Assembly: GCF_009914755.1 (NCBI RefSeq)
Contig: NC_060940.1
DNA length: 64,000 nucleotides
Origin: the human T2T-CHM13v2.0 reference genome, Homo sapiens
Reading direction: 5' to 3' (one strand)
In this document: positions 23,867-37,854 of the stretch, one piece after another
Layout: each line of letters begins with the position of its first letter
Numbering within the stretch: position 1 is the first letter of the stretch
Notes under the pieces: generated by a model
What the model saw: only the letters and a program-made list of their open reading frames with translations
Told to the model about the DNA's origin: nothing
Database searches by the model: none
Position numbers and translations under genes: made by a program

Positions 23867-24091
23867 AGAGAAGATATTTCTTTTAGTGACCAGCGCCATG
23901 TTTCTGTTGTCCACATTCAACAAGTTCTTTGGACTCAAACTCCAGGGAAGGTTCAGAGACCTTGGGGGTCTGAGATCTTTTCTTGTCACTTCACCTCCAA
24001 GCAAGAGCGAGGTCCCATCATTCGTCACCTGCCTCAGGGTAGCCACTGACAGCTGGCCTTGTCTAAGTCACACATCTTGCAGACTCTAGCA

Positions 24092-24333
24092 CAGGGTTCC
24101 TCAAACCTAGCACTACTGACATCTGGGATGGATAGTTCTTTATTGCTTGGGTGGGGAGGGAGCGGCTGTCCGATGCATTGCAGGACATTTAAGCAGCATC
24201 CCTGGCCTCTACTCACTAGATGCCAGTAGAGACTTCCTCTAGTTGTGACAACCAAAACATGTTTCCAGATATTTCCAAATATCCCTTGGGGAAGGGTGGG
24301 GTGGGCAACATTAACCCCAGTTGAGAACCACTG
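24092..24333 (-). mobile_element. MER20 hAT-Charlie MITE, full length
   Basis: CAGGGTTCCTCAA...gcagcatccctggcctctactcactagatgccagt...TTGAGAACCACTG. Confidence 0.9.
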
Positions 24334-24568
24334 CTGTAGAGTGACAAAGCATCCTGACTCTCACCATCCCATCTGAACAGTGCAAACATTCTGGCAGAGT
24401 GTTTAAATAAGAATCATTTTCCTTTTTTAAACAGCATGTTCTGACGTTCAGAGAGATTGGGTGAGCATCACTAGGTCAAATAGCAGTTGAGTAGAGGAGC
24501 TGAGTGCAGAAGCCCAGCCACAGGCTAATTTTGGTATGACTCTAACCCCTCTTTCAGTAATGGGCCTC

Positions 24569-24900
24569 TGCTGGAGTTTGAGTGTTTGAGGTCCCACTGA
24601 AACTCATGTTGAAATCTGTCATTGTGATGGTACTGGGAGGTGGAAGCTGTAAGAAGTTTATCTCCATGCTCATGAATGGACTAATATTGCTATTGTGGGA
24701 GTGGGTTTGCCTGTCTCCTCCTCCATTTTGTCCTTGTGCCTTCGGCCACAGGATGATGCAGCGAGAAGGTTCTCACCAGATGCGGGAACCTTGATCTTAG
24801 ACTTTCCAGCCTCTGGAGCTATGAGGAAATACATTTCTGTTCTTTATGAGTTACCAAGTCTGTGTATTTTCATTACAGCAGCACTGAAAGGACCAGGACA
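24569..24900 (+). mobile_element. MST-family MaLR solo LTR
   Basis: TG...CA ends, gaaactcatgttgaaa, ccttgatcttagactttccagcctc; perfect 5-bp TSD GCCTC. Confidence 0.8.
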
Positions 24901-25629
24901 GCCTCCCTCACTGTCTTGCCAATGCATCTTCAGCTTACCTGCGCTCATGCCCTATCTTCTCACAGATCCTGAAAATTCCACCTGAAAAGCCTCGTTCACT
25001 CTTCTGATGCAAGAGCCATCATGAAGCCATAAGTAGGAAGTGAGGGGAAAATCTAACCCAGGGCACTTTCTGGAGTCTTCCTGGCAGCCTTCAGTTAATG
25101 ATTCCTAAGCTGATTCCTCCAGAGCCTAACCTTTACCCTCACCTTTTCTCTGAATGAGAGATCTAAATCCTAGAGGAGAGAAAAGACCACAAGCTGCCTG
25201 GAATACTAAGGGCACTGCCTGATCAATAAAGAAATGGAACAGAAAATAAAATAGGTATCTTCTACTCTTAGATATATTTGTTATAACCAGGAATGTTTCT
25301 GTAACTTGTATTGCCCAGGTCCTCCCAGCGGAGGTCACCTCCTCAGCCACTACCCACGTTCTGCTTCCTCCTGATGATGCAGGACCCAGCCCTCTGCAAA
25401 GCTCCACTCCCCCAGGTGTTTCTGGAAGGTTGGCAGGGGGTGTATCACTCATGCTCATGAATCAGTGAGCCCATGTGCCCACCTGACACCACTAACCTTT
25501 TGCTATGACCATTTTAGAGCCCTGGCTCATCCCAGGGATCATGGAGAAGAATATGTATTATCTTAGAAGAATATGTGAATTATAGATTAAACATCTATCT
25601 TACTTGGGATATTCATATGTGTTTCAAGG

Positions 25630-25864
25630 AGTGGTTTTCAAACTGGGTTCAGAGAAACCCTCAGAGTTCCCAGACATGCCTCAGTGGTTACCTATTGGGC
25701 CCCAAGTGTAGAGAAGATGGGGAATGGATAAGCTCCAAGTATCTGCTTCCCATGCACTCAGAGCTCTGCTTTTTATACACAGTACATCCCGGGGGGGTGC
25801 AGGTCACAGAGCATTTCACTTGAAGACAGGTTTCTGCTGTTTCTAGAAAGTGGGAAAGCCACTG
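25630..25864. mobile_element. hAT-Charlie MITE (MER112-like)
   Basis: TIR-like ends agtggttttcaaact ... gaaagccactg. Confidence 0.5.
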
Positions 25865-26114
25865 TCCTAAATGATAATGTCTAACTAGTTAATCAAATAA
25901 GATTAATATTTAAATTAAAAGAAAAATGGTGAGATATAAGAAATTATAAAAATTATAAGAAAAAAACTTGGAGTCCATCAGAAGTAAGTTGAGTCTAGTG
26001 GATGAGAAGGGGACACATAGGCTCTTGGGATGCTATGATCTTTTATTTCTTGAGCTGAACAGTGGTCACACAGTTGCGCTCAATCTGTGATAATTCACTG
26101 GGTTATGCCAGGGA

Positions 26115-26720
26115 TTAGTGTCCTCCTTGGTGTGGGCTGGTATAACAGCACACCATAGACTAGATGGCTTAAACAACAAACGTGTACTTCTCAGAGTCCT
26201 AGAGGCTGCAAGTTCAAGATCAACGTGCGGCACATTTGGTGTCTGGTGAGGGCCTCTTCCTGGCTTATAGGCAGTCACTGTTATGTCTGTAAACCCCCAT
26301 AGCTCATATGTCGAAACCTCTGATGTATGTGTACCCCATAAATTTATATGTTGAAATCGAATCCCCAACATGATAATGTTAAGAGATGGGCCTTTTGGAG
26401 GGGATTAAGTCATGAGGGATCCACCATCACGGATGGGATCAGTGCCCTCATGAAAGAGGCCTGAGGGAGCTTATTTGCCCCTTTGGCCATATGAGGACAC
26501 ATAGAAGGCATCATCTATGAGGAACAAGCCCTCATCAGACACCTAATCTTTTCTTACCTTGATCTTGGACTTCCCAGTCTTCAGAACTTTGAGCAATAAA
26601 TTTCTGTTGCTTATCAATTGCCCAGTCTAAGGTATATTGTTATAGCAGCCCTAATGGACTTAGACAGCCACCTTAGACAACCCTCATATGGCTGAGAGAG
26701 AGCTCCTGCGTCTTCCTCCT
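26115..26720 (-). mobile_element. MLT1A-like LTR fragment split by a second LTR
   Basis: ggcttaaacaaca...gtctggtgagggcctcttcctggctt; resumes atggctgagagagagctc. Confidence 0.65.
26279..26666 (+). mobile_element. MST/MLT1A-type MaLR solo LTR nested in opposite orientation
   Basis: TG...CA ends, aataaatttctgttgctt; TSD GTCAC/GCCAC. Confidence 0.75.
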
Positions 26721-26982
26721 TTTATTTTTATTTACTTGTTTATTTTTATTTTTATTTGTTTTTATTTATTTTTTGGGACAGAGTCTCACTCTATCACCCA
26801 GGCTGGAGTGCAGTGGCATGATTACAGGCATGCACCACCATGCCCGGCTAATTTTTGTATTTTCAGTAAGGATGGGGTTTCACCATGTTGGTCAGGATGG
26901 CCTTGAACTCCTGACCTCATGATCCACCTGCCTTGGCCTCCCAAAGTGCTGAGATTACAGGCATGAGCCACCATGCCTGGCC
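26720..26982 (-). mobile_element. AluS with an internal deletion of the right arm
   Basis: gtgcagtggcatGATtacaggc fuses two Alu positions at a GAT microhomology. Confidence 0.85.
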
Positions 26983-27069
26983 TTTCTAGATCTTTTATAG
27001 GTTTTTTTTTTTTTTTAACCTGTAAAATGAGACTCCATTTCTATTTTTATTTGATGAAACATGTTTTGT

Positions 27070-27373
27070 CTATTTTATTTTATCTTTTGAAACAAAGTCT
27101 AGCTCTATCACCCAGCTAGAGAGCAGTGTCATGATTGTGGCTCACTGCAGCCTTGACCTCCCCAGCTCAAACAATTCTCCCATCTCAGTCTCCTGAGTAG
27201 CTGGGATCATAGGGGCACACCACCATGCCCAGTTAATTTTTTTTTTTTATGTTTTATAGAAACAGGGTCTCACTTTGTTGCTCAGGCTTGTCTCAAACTC
27301 CTGGGCTCAAGCAATCCTCCTGCCTTGTCCTCCCAAAATGTTGGGATTACAAGTGTGAGCCACCACACTGGCC
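27070..27373 (-). mobile_element. AluJ
   Basis: ctcactgcagccttgacctcc and ctcctgggctcaagcaatcctcc. Confidence 0.85.
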
Positions 27374-27442
27374 TTAATTTTATTTTTAAATCAAAGTATA
27401 ATATACATACGGAAATGGGCAGGTATCATACACATATAACCC

Positions 27443-27660
27443 AAGGGTTGGCTTTCTTTCTGGAAAGAGCCAGGTAGAAAATATTTTCTACATTGCAGGC
27501 TATACAATCTCTGTTGCAACTCTTCAACTCTCCCTTTGTAGCATGAAAACAGCGATATGCCATATGTAATTAATAAACATGGCTGTGTTTCAATAAAACT
27601 TTATTTGCAAGAACAGGCAGCTGGTCACAGTTGATCTCCTAGCCATAGTTTTCCAACCTT
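27443..27660 (+). mobile_element. MER58A hAT-Charlie MITE
   Basis: aatctctgttgcaactcttcaactct...ggctgtgtttcaataaaactttattt. Confidence 0.75.
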
Positions 27661-27766
27661 ATTTATCTCCCAAAGGAGATTTCCTTTGGGAGATAAATAA
27701 GGTTAGATTTGATCTTGAGGGTGAGAAACTTATGATAGGATTAATATCCTCATAAAAGAAGAAAGA

Positions 27767-28124
<358 letters not shown>

Positions 28125-30050
28125 CTAAGACCATGGCAAAATCACTAAAACCATCTAGTACTTTCTCCAAAGCTGCATACCAGCAACATCTCACAACTAT
28201 TGAGCATGTAGATCTGGGAGACCCTAGGGATGTCAGCAGGCTCCCATGGGCTGATGGAGACCTAAGTCTGGCTCCTCCTCCTCTGCTGTAAGAGTTGTAA
28301 TGGGAAACCTCTGCCGGGAAGGGCTGGAAGTGGGGGGTGAGGGCTGCATAAGGACACTCCTCACTATGGACAAGGGAAATAGCCTGTGACAATTCAACCC
28401 CAGAAGTTAGGACCTCTGGGAAGCTGCCAAGGTGAGGTTGACCTGGGTCAGCCCTTGGGAATGGACAACATTCTGCTCACAAATACAGGGCCACTGGGAA
28501 AGGGTCATGCTAGGTGCATGCTTGAACTTTGTTAAGGAAAGTTGGAGACTGACAGGTTTTTCCAGTGGCTGGTCCAAGCTAGCCTAGTGGGGAGTGGAGG
28601 TCTGTGGCATGTGGCTTGCTGTTTGGGAGAGGAAACCCACACTGTGTGCCAGGACTAGGCTGGGAGCTTCAGGTACCCTTCCTCCCTCAGTCCCTTGCCT
28701 GGGGTATGGGAGCACAGCCATCCTCATCTTGTCCATTTTACAGTGAGGAAATTGAGATTCAGGGAGGACAAATATTTCCCCTATCAGTGCAGCTGGAATT
28801 GGAATCCTGCCATTAAGCTGGGAGAACAAAGTGTGCGGAGATCCTGAATTCCTATGAAGAAAATAAGAAATTGTGTATTAACTGTTCTCTAAGTATTTGG
28901 ACCCTGCATGGTGCAGTTTTGTTGCAAAGGCTGGAAGAAGATGGCAGCTCCTTCTGTCCTAGTTCCTAAGCCTCTGTCAATTGTGCTTCCAATTTCTCAC
29001 CCAAAAGAAACCAAAGTATTTCTTCTTGGGGTTCTTTCAACAAGCTCAAAGTCTTCCAAAGAGCAGTGAGAAGACTCAATTTGGATGTGGATTCCTCCCT
29101 GGAGTGTTCTAGACCAAGAAAGAGGAAATAACAAAATACTGAAATAGTGAATTGGGCAGATGGACGCTCCGCATCCACTGTACCAGAGGCAGGTGATGGA
29201 AGACAGAACGAGCTAAATTTGCTGTCTGTAAAATATTAGGAAAGAGGAACTCAAGAGAAAGCTGGGTCATTTTCAGAAGATACAGACCTCCTTGGGCTTA
29301 ATGAAGAAAAATATTAACAGAAATCTAAGGCACACACACATACTCCCATCTGGCAATAATCAAATGCCTAAAATAGGCTTATATTGCTGCCATCTGGCCA
29401 TGGAAGGTGGTGATTCTCACTGCCCAATGCAGAGCCGCCCCTCCATCACACCTTGAAATCCTGGGGCAGGCTGGAGAGCCTGAGAATTCCCCAGCCACAG
29501 AAACAGGGGCAGAGGTCTCATCTGCGGAGATGGGAGGAGGCTGGGACAGAGGCAACCTGTGCTTTCAAGTAGTGAGAAAAGAGACTAATTTCCCATTTAT
29601 AGCAATGTTATAGAGTTGCTGACCCCAATAAATGAATTTAAGTTTTATTTATTCAGAACAAGCCTCTTCAAAAAAATTCAATATTATAGTACAGGAGGCA
29701 CGTGGATATGAAGAAAATTGTGAAGATAGTACACAAAGAAAAATGGCGGAAGTTTGGGATTCACATTTATACATAAGAGTGTACAGAACAGGCCAGGAAG
29801 ATGAAAGGATCCAGGAGTTTGCAAAACGATGTGTGATGCAACAGAATTTCTGACTCCTTCAAGTGGTTTCCTGGGCAATGAAGTTCAACCGGTGCCCGGC
29901 AAATTGCCTTTTTGCATAAAAGACCCCAGAGAACGAGTTAGAACTCGGAAGCTTTGCAATGAGTTAGGAACTATAAACTTGATAGGTCTGTGGTTTCCCA
30001 CCCCCCAGCCCCCACACCCTTTTCCTTTTCTGTGTGGCTTCTCCCTGGCC

Positions 30051-30096
30051 AAAAAAAAAAAAAAAAAAAAAAAAAAAAGGAAAAGAAAAGAAAAGA
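30051..30096 (+). repeat. Poly(A)28 plus (GAAAA)n
   Basis: Read directly from the sequence. Confidence 0.9.
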
Positions 30097-31344
30097 ATAT
30101 TTGTGTGTAGTTGCATATTTTTCTGGAAACCTGTTTCTGAACTGTATCATAACTTCCAGTAATAACCCGTTCCTGTGGTTCAGATATCTTTTATTAGCCT
30201 ATTTTAGGCATTTGATTATTGCCTGACTAATAATAATAGGGACTCGTTTTGTCAAAGAGCAGGCTGGAAGATCTAGTGTAAATCGTAGTGTATAATTGCT
30301 CAGTGACTGCCATTGAAAATTCCTAGTTACTGGAGTAAAGGAGCATCTCTCTTAGGTGCAAGAAGCTAGTTTTTCTTGTAATAATAATTAGGCTGTGAGA
30401 CACCCAGAGAGCAAACTTAATTGTAAAGAAAAGGGAAAAGAAAGAAAAAGAGAGGGGAAAATCATGAAAACACCTGTTGGGCTCCTTCACATTGCCTGGG
30501 AGAGAAGTTCAGCCAGAATCTAGGAGGAGCCTTGGACTAGCTGCATGTCCAGTCCGCAGCCAGTGGCCCTGGTGGCAGGTGGCAGGTAACTTCGGGGTGA
30601 GCACGCAATCCCTTTGAGACAGGCAGTGAGCAGTGGGCCTGGGGTCCACTCTGATGAAAGTTTACAGAATTTCAGTATTCCTCCAGCCTACTCACAGTGC
30701 ATGCACACACACACACACACAGACCTAGAAGGTTTTGGAATGGTCGGTCCTGTGGGGCTGAAAGTCACTGGACATCTGGGGGAGCTTTCTACCTTTTGGT
30801 GACCAAGGAGCTATAACATGTAGGAAAACTTCCTAACTAGAAACACCCTTTCCAGCCCAGTCACTATGCTGGATCCCTTCTGAAGGACTCACCATTTCCG
30901 AATATCTGAGTGATGAGGGGGCGTGGGGCAACAGTGTCAAGGCCTACATGGTGTGACTTTGGGATTGCCTGGATTCTACCTAGGGGCAAAATTCTCTCTC
31001 CCCTGCCTTGTCCTGGAGCCTGAAATTCTGAACATTTTGGGTTAGGTGTGGATATTTCTGTGACTGGAGACTGATGTTTTCGGATGTTTCATTCTGATAG
31101 ATGAGAAAGCTCCTATTTCATGTTTGTTCCTGTGTCTAGTAAAATAAATCAAGAACTCAAGACATAGATGCTAGCACTTAAATTGTGCCAAAAATGTGCC
31201 CACAGTGTTGTAAGTTCTTAACATGTATTAATTCATTTAACTCCACATCCATGAGCTAAGAACTATCATTATGCCGACCTTACAGACTGGAAAGCAGAGG
31301 TCAGGAGAGATGAGGCAAAGTGCCTTTGCCTGATAGGTGGCTGA

Positions 31345-32028
<684 letters not shown>

Positions 32029-32640
32029 GGCCATAAACTTTTTAAAGAGGAACCAGGCTTTATGTTTCAAAACCAGGACAACCAATAGGCACTTCCAGTC
32101 CACTTATTAAGGGTGAGACCTTGGGCTGATCCCGTAATTTGTCTGGGCCTCAGTTTGTTCTGTGACATGGGAATGAGAAGTCTCCTTTGCTGACTGGAAG
32201 AACTCACACGCCCAACTCATCTCCTCCTCATCCTACAGGAGTCAGTCTGAAGGTGCCCCAGGCTGATTTGGGATCCCCATGGGCTCCCATAGCCCCCTTT
32301 GTTTCCCCCAGAGAACCTAGATGACTCTCATGTTATCTGCACTGTCATTGTTGGATGCCTTCCCCACTGGACTGCCTGTTCCTGGAAGCTGTGGCTCACT
32401 TTTGAACTTGGACAAAGTTTAATTCATCTTTGGAGAAACAGCTATGAGCTGATGGTCATTTTTCCTTTGAGATTTAACTACAATTGGTTGAATTCTTCAT
32501 TCCCTCATTGATGAGAAAGCTAGCATAACCCTCAATATCTTGAAGGATTCTTATGTCTTATCTACTCTTCTCTTAAATCCAAATTCTTGCTTCTGAATTC
32601 CTGCTTTCTTCTCTCTGTTTTGCACCTGTCTCACTAGCTG

Positions 32641-32828
32641 AAGGTTAGCCAAGATTTAGCAAAAATAAATACAGGAAAAACAGTTAAATTTGAATTTCAG
32701 ATAAACAATGAATTTTTTTTAGTATAAGTATGTCCCGTGAAATACTGGGGACATTCTTATGTTAAACAATTATTGACTGTTTATCTGAGATTTATATTTA
32801 CCTGAAAACCCTATATGTTACCTTGCAT
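32641..32828. mobile_element. MER53 palindromic hAT MITE
   Basis: cagttaaatttgaatttcagataaacaa...agtataagtatgtccc / gggacattcttatgtt...gtttatctgagattt. Confidence 0.88.
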
Positions 32829-33474
32829 CTCTCTGCCGGCCCATCTCCACATGACATCACCTCTCTAGGAATTGTTGATATTATCATTCCTCAAAGGACC
32901 ATCAGCTGAAGACTGCCCATCTAACATGTGGTTCTGAGTTTGGGAGAAGTGGAGGGTGGGCGAGATGGCAAGGAGCAGAGCAAGCAACCTCCTGTTGGAA
33001 GCTCTGCATCCCTGTTCTTAACTGTTCTTGGTTATTCCCAAGACTAGTAAGCCTTTCCCTGGTGATGTTTTCTGAAGGGCTCCAGCCTCCAGCCATGCTG
33101 CTGGGACCCCATCTCTGTGCTTTGCATTTTGTGTTCAATGTCTGAAAACCAAAATGTCTGTTGTCCTATGATGTGGTGACTCTGCAGCCCATGCCCCAGG
33201 TAAACTCCAGGTCCAGCTTGGCACCAAGGAAACCTCACCAACCAAAGTGCTTTGTGGGACAAAGGGCTTTAATGCTGAGACTTCAGTCCATACAGTAGCC
33301 ATGGAAAAAGATATTTTAATGTGAGGAGTCTGGGGTCCTGCTCTACCTCACAGAGGGATGGCTTCTTTCAAGAAAAATGATGCAAAGGAAAGCAAGTGAC
33401 ATGTAAATGTTTCTCTTCTTTAGGAAAAAGAAGTAATGCTTATCAAGCATCTTCTATATACCAAGCATGATATT

Positions 33475-33760
33475 GCAAAGAGACAACCAATAGGCTGTAT
33501 CCAGGTAGCAGATGCATTCTTCTTAGACCTGTTCAGTACTTAAGAGTATTTGAGCTGATATTTAAATTTTATGAATTTCATGTAAAAGTCTGAATTTCCA
33601 GCCTCCTTGAAAAAAATCAAAGCTGTGGCCACATTGGGAGCACCATTGGTTGGGTCTGAGTAGAGCTGGTCTTTAGGCTTTATGCTGTGTAGGCCACGTG
33701 CTCTCCACTCTACCCCCACTCCCCACCAGTCCCTATTATCCTGATGCTTCTGCCCTAAAC
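33475..33760 (+). mobile_element. MER102-like DNA element
   Basis: tttcatgtaaaagtctgaatttccagcctccttgaaaaaaatc...ccccaccagtccctatt. Confidence 0.6.
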
Positions 33761-33819
33761 ATGTTCTGGGTGCTTTACATATTGATCTAGTTTAATCCTC
33801 ATCGTCAATTATTAGACAG

Positions 33820-34160
33820 TGCCATGAACTGAATTGCAGCTCTCCAAAATTCATATGTGACCGTATTTGGAGATAAAGCTCCCAAGGAAGTAATTACAGT
33901 TAAATGAGTTTATTAGTTTGGGACCCTGCTCTGATAGGTAGTAGCCTCCTTTATTAAAAAGAGCGAGATAGTGCACACAAAGAGATCATGTGAGCACCCA
34001 ATGAGATAGCAGCTCTACCTAAGAGAAGAGGCCTCAGAATGAAACTTACCTGCTGGCACCTTGAACTTGGAGCCTTCAGAACTATTATGAGAAAACACAT
34101 TTCTGTTTGAGCCACTCAGTTTACAGTATTTTGTTATGGCAGCCTGAGCCAACTAATACA
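33820..34160 (+). mobile_element. MLT1A-type MaLR solo LTR inserted in a MIR
   Basis: ccaaaattcatatgt...gagaagaggcctcagaatgaaac...actaataca; TSD GACAG/GATGG. Confidence 0.8.
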
Positions 34161-36029
34161 GATGGGTATATTATAGTTATCTTACAGATGTGAAATTAGA
34201 AGTCAAGAAGTTGAATAAGTTGCATGTGTAAAAAGTAGCAGAGATGGGTTAAAATCCAGGTTTTTCTGATCAAAGCAAGGTATTCTCTGAAGGTTAGGGC
34301 TTATGTGCCGCAGGACCTCTCCCCCAGTGGATCACTGGTCTGTCCCCTGCCCCTTTACATTCCCCGTCTGGCCTCATAGGCTTATTATCCTAAAAGGTCC
34401 TGCCAACTCCAGCATCCATTGGCTTCTGGGAAACTGCTCCCCTTGTGCAGCCATTGACCTTGTAACTGTCACCGAATGCCTGGCTTAGCACCCCTGCTCC
34501 GTGAGATCTGCCTTGACCCCTTTGTATGAATGCTCATTCCACAGCCTGCTCAGCACTTTGCAGCACTTTGTCTATGCTCCTGCCCTGATGGCACTTCCCA
34601 TGGGTTGCCTGATAGTAGAGATGAGTGTCAAGCATCTGTCCCCTTGAAGGCAGGGCCAGCTCTCAGCCACCCTAGTATATAGCTTAGGTCAGATGATGAA
34701 ATGCCTCCCAATGCTGGGCAGGGCCCCTCAGTGGGAGAAACTGGTCGAGTTCAGAGATGAGAGTGTCAAGGGGACTGTGGTTGGTGGGAGAGTTCAAGCC
34801 CTGTCTATAGGGAGCTTCTGCTACTTGGTTCCCAGTGTTTGTTGCCATGAGGGTGTGTGCCCAGGGTGGCCAAGTCTGGCTTTTTTCAACAGCAGTCAGA
34901 AATCCAGATTAACCTGTTTCTAACACTTAAAGGTTGGCCATGATTTCTTATTTTTCTGAACTCTGCACAGATCAAACACAGTACATCGAGGCTCACGTTA
35001 CAGTTGGTCATGGATTTGGACCCAGTCTGTGGATCCTGCAGTGATGGCTGGGCTGGTTCTCAGCACCCAGTAGGTCTGTGGATGGGAGAAGGTGACAGAA
35101 AGTTGCACCAGGCAGTCACCGTCCAGGACCCGGCTGCTCTGGGAAAGCCCGCCTGGCCTTTCCCTACCTCCCCGGCCAAGCCCAACAAAAGAACAGAGCT
35201 GTGGACTGGGCTTCCTACCCCAGCCCGATTTTTGACCCAGTAATTGACTTTTTCTCTGGATCCTCCAGTGCAGCTCCTGCTGCTTCTCCTCTGAGCCAGT
35301 GAGGCAGGAAGCCAAGGCCTCTCTGGAAGGCCCTGAGATCCTGGTGGAGGTTGCCTGGGCGAAGCTTCCATGGGGAGCACTTCCAGCCTGAAAAGCTAGT
35401 GGTCTTTCTCCCTTGAGTCACCACTCTGAGCCTCCCATGGCCTCCCCACTCAGAGCTGCAGGCACTGGACATGGTAGATTTAGGCTCCTGTGGACAATTT
35501 GGGTTTGCAAGTATTTAGTGGCCAGATCTTCATAGTGCTTTCTACAGAACATTGCAAATCTGATGTGGTAGAGAAAGTCATATAGTATATATAGTATATA
35601 ATATAGTTATAAAGGGCAACCAGAACAGGGAGTCCTCAGGCCACAGGGCTTTGTTGGCCCTGGCCTATCCAACTTCAGAAGGGGTGGACCTTAGCTTGGA
35701 AAGCCACCAGGGAATGCCAGGAGGTTCCCCATGCATGAAAATATTTTCCTCAGTGCACTGCAATGGTCCTCCTGGTTCTAACTCTCTAAGAGGCTGTTTC
35801 CCTGATGTCCCTTGAGCTATAAGATGCTGAAGTACCCTGGCATGGAGAAGGATAGAGAGAGTTCCTGCTTCCCCACTCCAGCTGTGTCTGAGCCAGCATG
35901 GCCTCTGCCTACAACTCAATGGAGCACATGAAGAGCACTGTGCCCAGGTGTGGGTGCAGAGGGCAGGTGCCAGGGAGAGCAGGCTGGACCAGTTCACTAC
36001 AGCAAAGCCACAGGGCAGCAAACAGTTGA

Positions 36030-36255
36030 AAGGAGAGGGCTTGGAGTCAGGCAGATCTGAACTTCAACCTCCAGTGGTTCCATTATGAGACTTCGAGACC
36101 TAGGGTAAGTCATCAAACTCCTCTCACTTCAGTTTTCAGTTCTGTAAATCAGAGATATTGAACTACCTACCTCATAGGGGAGGTTCAGTCCACAAACAGT
36201 GCTTAGCAGAGTGCCAGGCACACGATAAGCACTTAATACATGGTGGCTGCTACAA
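36030..36255 (+). mobile_element. MIR SINE, near full length
   Basis: ggagtcaggcagatctg...ctacctacctcatagg...gtgccaggcacacgataagcacttaataca. Confidence 0.75.
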
Positions 36256-36269
36256 TTAAAACCCATTCA

Positions 36270-36550
36270 GGCCAGGCACGGTGGCTCAGGCCTGTTATCT
36301 TAGCACTTTAGGAGGCCGAGGCGGGCTGATCCCTTGAGGCCAGGAGTTCGAGACCAGCCTGGCCAACATGATGAAATCCCATCTGTACTAGAATACTAAA
36401 AGTACAAAAATTATTTGGGCATGGTGGCGCACACCTGTGATCCCAGCTACTCAGGAGCCTGAGGCAGGAGAGTCCCTTGAACCCGGGAGGTGGAGGTTGA
36501 AGTGAGCTGAGATTGCACCACTGAGCGAGGCTCGGTCAACAAATAAACAA
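36270..36550 (+). mobile_element. AluS with a small 3' deletion
   Basis: Dimeric Alu; TSD AAACCCATTCA on both sides. Confidence 0.9.
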
Positions 36551-36674
36551 ACCCATTCAGTGAGGCAGTTTTGGAAGACTGATTTGGTTGTATTTGCAAA
36601 ATTACCAAAGTCATACCTTTCGACTCAGCTGATAACTTTAACTGGAGCCAAGAATCAGTCCTAAGGAAAAAACA

Positions 36675-36921
36675 CTGGTTGAGTATCCCTTACCTGAAAT
36701 GCTTGGGACCAGAAATGATTTGGATTTCAGGTTTTTTTGTTTGCTTGTTTGTTTTTTTGATTTTCAAATACTGGCATTATACTTACCAGTTGAGCATCCG
36801 AAATTTGTAACCTGAAGTGTTCCACTGAGCATGTCTTTTGAGCATCATGTTGGCACTCTAAATATTTCAAAGTTTGGAGCATTTTTGATTTTGAATTTTC
36901 ATATTAGAGGTACTCAACCTG
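36675..36921 (+). mobile_element. Tigger4a (MER46A) MITE inside an old L1ME fragment
   Basis: GGTTGAGTATCCCTTA...gaaatgcttgggaccagaa...TACTCAACCTG TIRs. Confidence 0.85.
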
Positions 36922-37216
36922 GGCGGGGCACAGTGGCTCACACCTGTAATCCCAGCACTTTGGGAGGCCAAAGTGGGCATATCACCTGAGGTCAGGAGTT
37001 CAAGGCCAGTCTGGCCAACATGGCGAAACTTTGTCTCTACTAAAAATACAAAAATTAGCCAGTAGTGGTGGTGGGCACCTGTAATCCCAGCTACTCAGGA
37101 CGCTGAGGCAGGAGAACTGCTTGAACCCAGGAGGCAGAGGTTGCACTAAGCTGAGATCACGCCACTGCACTCTAGCTCAGGCGACAGAGCAAGACTCCGT
37201 CAAAAAAAAAAAAAAA
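36922..37216 (+). mobile_element. AluSx-like
   Basis: Dimeric Alu; TSD AGGTACTCAA(C/T)CTG. Confidence 0.92.
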
Positions 37217-37854
37217 GGTACTCAATCTGTACTAAACATGAAAAGATGTTTTATCTACAAAGATGTTCATCGGAGCATTCTTTGTGGTAGTGAAAAGGTG
37301 AAATGACTGAAATGTCCAACACTAAGGGGATGGTTATCACAAAAGTGATAATACATCTCCCATTTATTGAGTGCCTTCCATGCAACAGACATTAAACTTA
37401 CATTGTTTCACTTACTCCTCATGACAGTGATGCTTTCCCCATCTAAGAGATGAGGAAACGGGACAGAAGAGGATGTCCCCAGCTGGAAGTCACAGGCTGA
37501 GATTTATCATGACCCAATCACAACACATAGATGAGTGGCTGCTGGTGGTTGTTGAGGGTGGAGGAAGCTGAGAAACAGAAGCGCATTCTCCCCAAGATGT
37601 GCCTTTCAAGGGTCGTTAAGACTAAGATGGAAAGAAGTGGGTGGGATGTGATCAACATCTCTGTTGTCAGAGCTAAGTCTTGGGAGGAGGAAGCCAAATG
37701 TTGGCATCTGTTTCCAGGGCTTGCCTGTCCACCAACCAATGGTGCAAATGAACTGATTTCAACCAAGAGACTGGCAGAGGTGTCTGCAGGGTGAAAGGAG
37801 TCAGCAAGGGATGAGCTGGGCTGCTCCCCATACCCAGAGCTTTGCCCTGTTGTC

